Assembly: GCF_006345805.1 (NCBI RefSeq)
Contig: NW_021827192.1
Span: 1-10,991 of the forward strand
Reading direction: 5' to 3'
Length of the DNA stretch: 10,991 nt
Source of the DNA: Octopus sinensis
Lineage: Eukaryota
The notes beneath the pieces are model-generated. The model was not told the DNA's origin and did no database searches. It was given only the letters and a program-made list of their open reading frames with translations. A program made the position numbers and the translations under genes. Position 1 is the first letter of the stretch, and each line of letters opens with the position of its first letter. Shown here one piece after another: positions 1 through 7,785 of this stretch.

Positions 1-74
1 GGGCGTTAATGAGTTACATATAAGTTTAAGTTGTTTAGTGGATTTGAATTGTAATGATAATAATGATAATAAAA

Positions 75-204
75 CTTTCTACTATAGGGCACAAGGCCTG
101 AAATTTGGGGGCAAGTGCCAAGTCGGTTTAATAAACATCAGTTTTTCACTGATACTTAATGCATCGATATCGAAAGGATGAAAGGCAAGTTGACATCGAC
201 GGAA
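75..204 (-). mobile_element. SINE family A, partial copy (3' part, tRNA-like head missing)
   Basis: Aligns by eye to 598-791 (e.g. ATCGATATCGAAAGGATGAAAGGCAAGTTGAC vs ATCGACCCCGAAAAGATGAAAATTAAGGTCGATC) and to 9725-9836. Degenerate (TAA)n tail at 52-70. Ends abruptly at GGAAT where an (AAT)n tract begins. Confidence 0.75.
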
Positions 205-230
205 TAATAATAATAATAATGATAATAATA

Positions 231-546
231 GTGTTGAGAAGGATTCTTTGGGGTTTGAATAATTCACCTCTGGAAACATGGGTGTTTCGTTCAACGTCCT
301 TAAACAACCCTTATTCAGGGACCTTTTGAGTGGGATGGGTTACTCGATCTGAAGAAAATTCTAACTGGGCTCCACCTGCAAGGTCATGTGCTGTTTATCT
401 TGATATGCGATCACCATGTCGCGCACATATGGTTGTGATGCATGTGCCTGGTGTACCCTTATCAGACGGGTAGTCATGATGGGTATACTGGGCTTCGTAT
501 ATTTTACCCCAGTGTCACTTTGATGGCATACTCTGCTCGCTCACTC
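231..546 (+). mobile_element. Interspersed element embedded in (AAT)n; probable 5'-truncated non-LTR retroposon 3' end (R4/Dong-like target preference)
   Basis: Complex ~315-bp sequence bounded on both sides by AAT repeats (204-230 and 547-597). Contains several short stems (GCACAT 423-428/ATGTGC 442-447; ATACTGGG 485-492/CCCAGTGT 508-515). I recall it as an abundant octopus repeat. Clade and orientation are inferred. Confidence 0.55.

Positions 547-597
<51 letters not shown>
547..597. repeat. (AAT)17 perfect microsatellite
   Basis: Read directly; explains the poly-N run in ORF 442..684. Confidence 0.98.
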
Positions 598-791
598 TTC
601 TACAAAACTTGGGAGAGAGAACTAGTCGATTATATCGACCCCAGTGCTTCGCTTCGACTTATTTTATCGACCCCGAAAAGATGAAAATTAAGGTCGATCC
701 CGACAGAATTCGATCTCAGAACGTAAAGGTGGACGAAAAACCGCCTAGCATTTCGCGTACCATGCTAACGATTCTGCCAGTTAGTCGTCCT
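598..791 (-). mobile_element. SINE family A, near full-length, tRNA-derived head
   Basis: Minus strand has an A-box-like TGGCAGAATCG (779-769) and a B-box-like GAGATCGAATTC (717-706). The central segment TTTCATCTTTTCGGGGTCGATAAAATAAGT resembles the conserved Meta/MESC-type SINE domain (recalled, not searched). Ends in a (TTA)n tail. Confidence 0.8.
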
Positions 792-805
792 AATAACACA
801 CACAA

Positions 806-945
806 TGGGATTGCTTCAGTTTCTGTATACGAAATACACGCACAAAGCCTTGATCGGCCCGAGTCTATATCAGAAGATACCTGTCCAAGTTATTACTTAG
901 TGGGACTGAACTCAGAACTATGTGGTTAGAAAGCATATTCCTTAT
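806..945 (-). mobile_element. SINE family B, diverged 5' half
   Basis: Reverse complement aligns with 7234-7378 (AGTTCAGTCCCACT, CTCGGGCCGATCAAGGCTTTGTG, ACAGAAACTGAAG). Confidence 0.75.
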
Positions 946-1372
946 CGTATATATATTTATGATATTGGGAAGCGTGGGGTTAGTGTGACATAAATATTGC
1001 ATGGTGGTCGTGGTGTCAGTGAGAAAGTATGGTTGTATACCGAGACAGGGAGAGAAAGAGAGGGGAATGAAGGTGCCGGTGATGGCGATGGGGATACACA
1101 GTAATAATAGCAGGTTGTGTTGATCACCATGGTTTCACCGATGTTATTCTTGTTTACCAGGTTCTTCGTTTTTATCATTGTTGTTCCTACTCTTGCAGCT
1201 AATACTACTGTTACTGTTCGATCCTACTGTTGTTAGTAGTGATAGTTTTGTCTTTGCTAAAAGCGGAGGGAAACAATTGCATAATATTATAATACATGAT
1301 AGACCACGTTAGTAAAAAAACAAGATGGTCATGAATGGAATGCATTTGATCCTTGATTTACCTGCCTAAGCG

Positions 1373-1571
1373 TGGAGGGGCAAGTCGATAACTTCGAATA
1401 GCATTGTGGGACGCTGGACGGAGGGCTCGGTTAAGTTGCTAGGAATCTGAATTGGTACATATCTCCAGATAGAAAAGAACTGGTCTGAGGTATCGAGCAG
1501 GGTGGCCCACGCAGTCAAGACCTGGTCTTGAAAGGGAGGGTGGAGGTGGCCAATGTGTTTATCGCATCGGT
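1373..1571 (+). pseudogene. L1/Tx1-clade LINE ORF2 fragment (region just C-terminal to the RT core), decayed
   Basis: Manual translation from 1373 gives WRGKSITSNSIVGRWTEGSVKLLGI*IGTYLQIEKNWSEVSSRVAHAVKTWS, then a frameshift and LKGRVEVANVFIASV (from 1528). This matches the L1/Tx1 pattern K.LG....NW...W..R.LSLKGR. It has an in-frame stop and a frameshift. Confidence 0.75.
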
Positions 1572-1580
1572 CCAGTTAGT

Positions 1581-1746
1581 TTGCATCTTCTGGAAGGCAG
1601 AGCTAGTCAATTACTTCATTGGTTGCCTGTTAATCACAAATGAACGACTACAGTTCCTCCAAATATACTTTTCGTGATATAGGATAACAAACCCGAAGGA
1701 GGTGTCAAAATTTCGGACGATCGGTCGTGTTAGACGCAGCGCCGAC
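1581..1746 (+). mobile_element. Internal Helitron (RepHel N-terminal) fragment flanked by a 10-bp direct repeat
   Basis: Ungapped 166-bp inverted match to 3044-3209 (28 mismatches by manual count, ~83%). Translates LHLLEG / YFIGCLLITNERLQFLQIYF, and FLQIYF is a RepHel N-terminal motif. Flanked by CCAGTTAGTT at 1572-1581 and 1746-1755. Confidence 0.8.
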
Positions 1747-2446
1747 CAGTTAGTTGTGGTACGCTAACTGTGGTGAACAGTTAATTCACCTAAAATTAGC
1801 TTTTGAATGAACGTTCTGATGATGCCCTATCTCGACACTTTAAAAGTTGCTTTTAATGTCACAGCTGATTCATAAATACCAAATTTAAAAAGACCGGGAA
1901 GGAGTCTCATAATCGAATCCAAAGACTGTTTTCAACAAAATACTGCAGAAGGACTGAAATAGACTTAATATGTGAGGATGTATGTATATGCCTAAATTTC
2001 AGCGAGAAAGTTCGTTCGATATAGTTCGTGAGGGAATGAGAGTGTATGTGTTTGTATGTGCACGCATGTATATCCGCTGCTTGCATCCTCCACTTCATCA
2101 AATAACTGAGTTGCGTATCATGATGATGTTAAACGTTTATTGTGTTTAAAATATGTGGAGCGCAAGCACTATTATTCTTATAACCTTTTCACAATGTCAT
2201 CAGCTGATTATTGTTATATAACAAGTTCTGTCCCAAAGTGAGAACAATAGCTGACTTCCGCAATGTGTTGTGTGTGTGTGTACGAATGAATGAACAAACG
2301 AAGGAAAGAGCCACTCAACCCACTTAGTGAGAGATAGATGTATTATTATTTAAAACAGTTGGATTCGGCTCCATCGGTCTTAAATTTTCGTAAGTTTCTG
2401 TATGGAGCTTTGTACCATGTATATATGTGTATCTATCTGTTATGTG

Positions 2447-2448
<2 letters not shown>

Positions 2449-2511
<63 letters not shown>

Positions 2512-2545
2512 CATATATATATATAGATAGATAGAGAGAGAGAGA
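2449..2545. repeat. (TA)n microsatellite grading into (TAGA)/(GA)n
   Basis: Read directly. Confidence 0.95.
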
Positions 2546-2594
2546 CTAGCGGAGATACCCGTCGTTGCTCGGTATTAAATTGACATAGCTTGTC

Positions 2595-2782
2595 GCGTGT
2601 CTATATCGTTGGCTAATTTTTTCCTACGTCTTCCCTTCATTGGTTCTTTCCTTCTCCTATATTTCTGACGAAGAGCTCCGGTCGAAACGTTAAATCCTCC
2701 TTCTTTCTTTCCTTTCCTGAGCGTCCAATAACACTATACTTGTTCCACGTCCTCGCGTTCTTGTGTTTTCATGTTGGGATTA

Positions 2783-2786
<4 letters not shown>
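2595..2786 (+). mobile_element. Penelope-like (PLE) pseudo-LTR-derived short element, copy 1
   Basis: Matches the reverse complement of 10171-10378 throughout (TATCGTTGGC..., GAGCGTCCAAT.ACACTATACTTGTTCCACG). Contains a hammerhead core and abuts (TA)n at its 3' end. Confidence 0.75.
2661..2695 (+). ncRNA. Minimal type I hammerhead ribozyme motif (PLE type)
   Basis: ATTT-CTGACGA-A-GAGC-TCC-GGTC-GAAA-CGT-T-AAAT. Conserved CUGANGA (2665-2671) and GAAA (2684-2687) boxes; stem I ATTT/AAAT; stem II GAGC/GGTC with one G.G mismatch; palindromic ACGT in place of stem III, as described for PLE minimal hammerheads. Confidence 0.65.

Positions 2787-2787
<1 letters not shown>

Positions 2788-2844
<57 letters not shown>
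2788..2844. repeat. (TA)n microsatellite
   Basis: Read directly; one interruption near 2821. Confidence 0.95.
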
Positions 2845-2845
<1 letters not shown>

Positions 2846-3069
2846 ACAGTTACGTGAAACAGGTGATACGGGAAAGTGCAGCATTGACGACAAAATATTT
2901 CTGGAGTAAATTATAGGCTAATTGGACTAAGCGACATATCACACGTCCGTTTGGAGAATTCGAGGCTCTATCCAGTTATGGAAAATTGGTGAGGTGGTGG
3001 GGGCTGAGTCATTTTTTAACGCACCGCTCTCTCCTTTGCGGCAGTCGGCGCTGCGTCTAACACGACCCA

Positions 3070-3672
3070 TCGTCTGAGATTGTGACACCTGCTTCGGGCT
3101 TGTTGTCCTATATCACTTTACGTAAACTTGAAGGAACAGCAGTTGTTCATTTGTGATTAACATGGAACCAATGAGGTGATAGATTTGGCCTGCCTTCCAG
3201 GAGATTCAAAAGTGGTTGAGGAGGAGCTGGCGGTGCTGGCAATCTTACCCTACCGGCTAAGAAGCATATACCATTAGTTTCATTTGGAAATTTGAAAGCT
3301 TTGCGGAAACATATTTAGTTTAGTGCACCAATTTGGTCAAAACTACAACTTTTATAAGAATAGGATAGATCACATCTGAACGCAACTCCAGGAGTTGTGA
3401 AGAACGAATTTGTATGTAGTCTGTTTTTGAGAGCTGTTCTACTGGACTTCTGTCAAATCATGAAATCGATTTAATGATTCAGCATTAAGTGCTGCGGCAT
3501 GCCTTTGCTGATCTTGGGTAAGTATCACCTCCCTTTTCTCTTGAGACTCCATTTGATGTGCTCCAGCATGCCTTTGCTGATCTTGGGTAAGTCTCACCTC
3601 CCTTTTCTCTTGAGACCCCATTTGATGTGCTGCAGCATGCATTTGCTGATCTTAGGGAAGTTTCATCTCCCA
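3070..3672 (-). pseudogene. Decayed Helitron RepHel N-terminal coding region
   Basis: Manual minus-strand translation: 23-aa repeats (HAAAHQMGSQEKREVRLTQDQQR); then from 3386 VAFRCDLSYSYKSCSFDQIGALN*ICFRKAFKFPNETNGICFLAGRVRLPAPPAPPQPLLNLLEG; a frameshift to GQIYHLIGSMLITNEQLLFLQVYV (from 3190); a frameshift to SDIGQQARSRC. Matches the RepHel patterns IG.M...C..C.A.KF..E..G.CC..GKV.LP...PP.PL..LL.G and GQIYH.IGSL...FLQIYF. Confidence 0.85.
3489..3672. repeat. 69-bp tandem repeat, ~2.6 copies (23-codon unit of the Helitron ORF)
   Basis: GCATGC(C/A)TTTGCTGATCTT recurs at 3497, 3566 and 3635 (period 69). Confidence 0.95.
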
Positions 3673-3697
3673 ACTCTAATGAAACTCAGAGCGACTA

Positions 3698-4480
3698 TCT
3701 ATATAAAATGTTACTGGATCAAAAAAGTGCGAGATATTTGTCAAGCATTAGAATGCGTCGTTCGTGATGGTAGTAGGTTGACTCTGTTTCATGTACATTT
3801 CTTGAAAACAGTTATTCGTAAACAAGATTGATCGAAGAAACTTTTGCCAGAATCAACACTTAATTGGAATACGGAAAAAAACGTCCGAGTAAATAAGATT
3901 ATTCTATTACCATTTATTAAATTATGTTTATCAATACCCTTTGTTGTATACGTGTGTGTGTGTGTGTGGTGTTTATGTAAGTCTGAAAACCGGTGTTACT
4001 TATAGATGTGAATTTTTTTATGGCATTTATCATACCTAGTTCAGTATTTGTGTTTGTCGACTAAAGATTTGAACAAAATCACATCCAAAATATAATAATC
4101 TTAGGTAATGGGTAACTTCACAGATATGTAACTGTGTATGTGTATGTTTCATGATATTTTTAACCGTAAACATAAACTCGGTACACACAAACATAGATAT
4201 GTCTGATCAAAACGTATCGGTGCTGTTGCTATATTACCTAAAGAGAAGCTCCTTTGCAAAGATTGACTTTGAACACTATCGCGCACGCACACTAAATTAT
4301 AACCTTCTCCCTCAATTCTGTTGTGTACAGCAAAGCTTGGAATCAACGTGTAAGGAGTGAGGTCATCTGAAAATGAAGGTTGGGATTCGGCTGCGCAAGG
4401 ACTCCTGCTTTGCGTCGAAGAGGAACATTTTTGTAAATAGTTATAACAGGTACAGAATCGTGGGTCTATAGCTATATCCC
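3698..4480 (+). mobile_element. Possible second, plus-strand Helitron-like element (5' end)
   Basis: A|TCTATATAAAATG at 3697-3710 resembles a Helitron 5' terminus and lies where minus-strand RepHel similarity stops. Segments 3931-3968 and 4369-4480 resemble my recollection of an octopus Helitron-type repeat. No 3' hairpin/CTAG was found. Unverified. Confidence 0.35.
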
Positions 4481-4496
4481 ACAAGCCAAGGTAAAT

Positions 4497-4655
4497 CCAA
4501 GAAAAAGATTTCGAAACGTTGACGAAATCCAAGAGAAAGCGACCAGGCAATTACTCCTCATACCACAAAAGGAGTTGTAGGAATGCCTCCTTCGAGGAAA
4601 ATCTCGTTGAATAAAAACTATGGCTTCACAAGGGGACTACATCGGTGAGAATAAA
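4497..4655 (+). pseudogene. Mariner (Tc1/mariner) transposase C-terminal remnant
   Basis: Frame from 4503 reads KRFRNVDEIQEKATRQLLLIPQKEL*ECLLRGKSR*IKTMASQGDYIGENK, matching the mariner C-terminus pattern G.RF..VEEIQ......L..IP...F..CF..W..RW.KC....GDYFE. Two in-frame stops. Confidence 0.8.
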
Positions 4656-4866
4656 ATGCTGAATTGTGGTTTTTTGATTCGAGCAACTGTTGTGCTTCGA
4701 CAAGTTGTTTTCTCTAACTGTAAGAAACATTTTCACGAAATTGCGCTTCGATTAGCTGTTCCTATTCCATTTTGTGTGTGGAAGAGTGGTAGGTAGGCAT
4801 TGGTTGGTTGAGTGTGTGCATACATATTTATATAAGTTTCTTCTGCAGACCTGCTCCCGTCCTGCG

Positions 4867-4885
4867 GCTGCTGCTGCTGCTGCTG
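4867..4885. repeat. (GCT)6 trinucleotide repeat
   Basis: Read directly. Confidence 0.9.
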
Positions 4886-5579
4886 TTATTGCAATAAGCC
4901 TGCTGAAGATATGATTCCAGCTGATGCTGTAGTCATGTGTATGTACACAAATAACACCACATACATGTATATGAACGCTAGAACACATACATGCGTCGGA
5001 ATATATATGTGTATTCCGATACACCAGCATAAACACGTATATGTGGTCCACAGAGGGAATATTGAATGTTTCTTCATACATACGGAAACGAGAACTAGCA
5101 AACATGCTATTATGCTACAAGTCGAGCATATTACAAGTTTGTATAGAACATTAACAGGAGCGCACGCTCACATACGGACAAACACACACACAGAAACACA
5201 CACTCACAGAAACACTTACATGCACACACAAATTGGTAAAAAGAAAAGATTGAGCAAGAGAGAGGGAGAAAAAGAGAGAGAGACAGTGTTCATAAATGTG
5301 TGAAGTATAATAGCGAATAAATGACAGAGAAGGAGTGTTAGGGATAGTGAGAGTCAGGAGACGAGGGAGACGAAGGTGAAAAAGTTGGGATAAGCATAGC
5401 AGTAGGCGTATTTTTCCTGCCAGCTCTGCATTATTCCTTCCTTCCTTGCTCCTTGTCTGTGTCTTACCTCACCACCCTAATATGGTTCTAATATATAAAG
5501 TGGGTCCTACATTTTGCTAGATCATCTGGCATCACTTTACATACAGCCGGTATTTCCATATTTTCAGTTGCTTAAACTC

Positions 5580-5606
5580 ATACACATATTATACACGTCT
5601 GTGTGC

Positions 5607-5637
<31 letters not shown>

Positions 5638-5962
5638 ATGTATGTAAAAGCATGAATGTATGTATACGTATATATATTTTTATATATATGATATAATATA
5701 ATATAAATAATATATAAAGATATGCATATATACATACATATATGTACATACCTACATATTTATATATACATGCATATATGGGTACAGGACAGCGAAAAAA
5801 TAGTTATACGTATATATATCGTACATTCATGATTCCACACGTATCTATATGTGGAAGAACACCAATATATGCATATATATATATATGTATGATATATGCA
5901 TGCATGTATACATATATATCTGTATGTATATGTGTATTTGTGTGCTGTGAATATATATATAT

Positions 5963-5995
<33 letters not shown>

Positions 5996-6040
5996 CTATA
6001 TATATATATATTATATATTATATAGAGAGACTATATATGC
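5580..6040. repeat. Degenerate (TA)n/(TATG)n low-complexity field
   Basis: Read directly; source of several YI-rich spurious ORFs. Confidence 0.9.
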
Positions 6041-6255
6041 TTGCATTTAAGCGCACGTGTATATGTCCAGGCAACCAGCTCAGACAGCTGAATAGACATT
6101 AGCAGGCACTGCTTGCATCAGTGGGAGAAGCTGCATTCACACTGGTGTAGTTTAATACGTATATATACACTCTAAGAAAAAAAAAATTAAAACTCTTGCA
6201 AACATGTAGGCAACCACACAGATATTACCGCATTCTCCTTTAAACATAGATCGCT

Positions 6256-6286
<31 letters not shown>

Positions 6287-6811
6287 TGTGGACTCGCACA
6301 TGAATACACACTACATATTAATGCACACAAGTATATTTTCGTCTCTATAGCAATTAGCAGGTATATTGCACGGACATTGTGGCTTCATCATTTTAACGTG
6401 TTCTTGTATATATGTTTAAAGAAGAACTAGTTTATATATTCACACTTATTTTCCACAAACATATGGTTGTATGTGCCTTTGCATATATATATATATATAT
6501 ATATAATACAGTATATAGTTATCTTAGAGTGTATCTGTCTACATTTTGACTACAACTGCGACGTTTTGCCGAAAGTGGCTTATCCAAATTAAGATGTTTC
6601 AACTGACATTTTGAATAAGGCAGCAGTGTGGTAACCTGAGGTAATTTCGAGGTTTCAGTAAAAAATAATAAAAATGATGTAACTATGCTTACGTTGAGAC
6701 ATTTATTGACTCAATGTTTCTTTTTTCGGGTATTAAAAACAATATTTTAACAAAGTGTGTGCGAGTAAATATATTTGTACATAAATACACGCATGCATAA
6801 CGTGTTCCAGT

Positions 6812-7135
6812 GGAGGCGCAATGGCCCAGTGGTTAGGGCTGCAGAATCGCGGTCGGAGGATCGCGGTTTCGATTCCCAAACCGAGTGCTCTGTGTGTTTA
6901 TTGAGCGAAAACACATAAAGCACGACGAGGCTCCGGCAGGAGATAGTGGCGACTCCTGTTGTACACTTTCGTCCAAACTTTCTTTCACTCTTTCTTCCTG
7001 TTTCTTGCGTGACGCTACTATGGGCTGGCGTCCCGTTCAGCTGCAGTGTGTGTGTGTGTGTGGGGGGGTGTACACATACGCCACTAAGCGGGAAACCGGG
7101 CCCATGAGCCTAGCTAGGCAGGAAAAGGGCCCATA
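6812..7135 (+). mobile_element. SINE family C, full-length, tRNA-derived
   Basis: Head GGAGGCGCAA, A box TGGCCCAGTGG (6822-6832), B box GGTTTCGATTCC (6865-6876). GC-rich body with 3' segment TGGCGTCCCGTTCAG...GGGAAACCGGGCCCATGAGCC and an internal (TG)n expansion. Confidence 0.8.
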
Positions 7136-7233
7136 ACATAATAAATAACGTATTCCGAACATGATTAGTAGCCATCGTACCTATACACACACATATATGC
7201 ACATATGTGCACAGATATAACATATACATATAC

Positions 7234-7381
7234 GTGGTAAGTAGTTTGCTAACCAACCACATGGTTCCGGGTTCAGTCCCACTGCGTGGCATCTTGGGCA
7301 ATTGTCTTCTGCTATAGCCTCGGGCCGACCAAAACCTTGTGAGTGGATTTGGTAGACGGAAACTGGAAGAAGCCTGTTGTA

Positions 7382-7434
<53 letters not shown>

Positions 7435-7631
7435 ATATGTTTGTGTGTCTGCGTTTGTTCCTCCGATGCTGGTGTGTTTACGTCCCCGTCACTTAACGGT
7501 TCGGCAAAATAGACCGATAGAATAAGTACTGGGCTTACAAAGAATAAGTCCCGGAGTCGATTGCTCGACTAAAGGCGGTGCTCCAGCATGGCCGCAGTTA
7601 AATGACTGAAACATGTAAAGAGGAAAAGAGT
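7234..7631 (+). mobile_element. SINE family B, near full-length, with internal (TA)/(TG) microsatellite
   Basis: B box GGGTTCAGTCC (7269-7279); CORE-like CATCTTGGGCAATTGTCTT; internal microsatellite ~7380-7448; A/G-rich tail TAAAGAGGAAAAGAG. Homologous inverted copies at 806-945 and 10421-10573. Confidence 0.85.
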
Positions 7632-7653
7632 ATGTATACTTGTGTCCGTCTGA

Positions 7654-7702
<49 letters not shown>

Positions 7703-7736
7703 GTATGTACACACACACACACACACACACAGATAG

Positions 7737-7770
<34 letters not shown>

Positions 7771-7785
7771 TATATATACATACAA
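7654..7785. repeat. Compound (TA)n-(CA)n-(TA)n microsatellite
   Basis: Read directly. Confidence 0.95.

Larger units (their letters stand above)
2546..3690 (-). mobile_element. Non-autonomous, internally deleted Helitron interrupted by a Penelope-like element and (TA)n
   Basis: Minus-strand end reads ACCGAGCAACGACGGGTATCTCCGCTAG|T: an imperfect GC-rich subterminal hairpin, CTAG at 2549-2546, then T, which is the canonical Helitron 3' terminus. RepHel motifs lie upstream on the same strand. The 5' TC end was not located, so the right boundary is approximate. Confidence 0.75.

Noticed and set aside
442-929. ORFs 442..684 (poly-N) and 609..929
   Set aside because: They run through an (AAT)17 tract and antisense SINE copies and have no protein-like features.
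957-1250. Pro/Ser-rich minus ORF and GT-rich low-complexity stretch
   Set aside because: Degenerate trinucleotide and purine-rich repeats; no recognisable domain.
1250-1370. Possible old repeat fragment, with a weakly similar stretch near 8580-8740
   Set aside because: Resembles a recalled octopus repeat, but within-window similarity is too weak to support a call.
3499-3831. 110-aa plus-strand ORF with internal repeats, and the 69-bp repeat as a possible CRISPR array
   Set aside because: The ORF is the antisense shadow of the Helitron repeat. Units are contiguous with no unique spacers, and the context is eukaryotic.
4149-4550. 133-aa minus-strand ORF, the longest in the window
   Set aside because: No recognisable motif; it overlaps transposon remnants whose coding signal is on the opposite strand.
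4660-4690. Possible mariner right terminal inverted repeat (GTGGTTTTTTGATTCGAG)
   Set aside because: No partner repeat and no clear terminal TA could be identified.
4752-6102. Cluster of YI/HT/CV-rich ORFs (also 7110-7815 and 8834-9137)
   Set aside because: Translations of (TA)n, (CA)n and (TG)n microsatellites.
6812-6885. tRNA gene candidate
   Set aside because: A and B boxes are present but a proper cloverleaf with acceptor stem cannot be built, and it continues into a SINE body.
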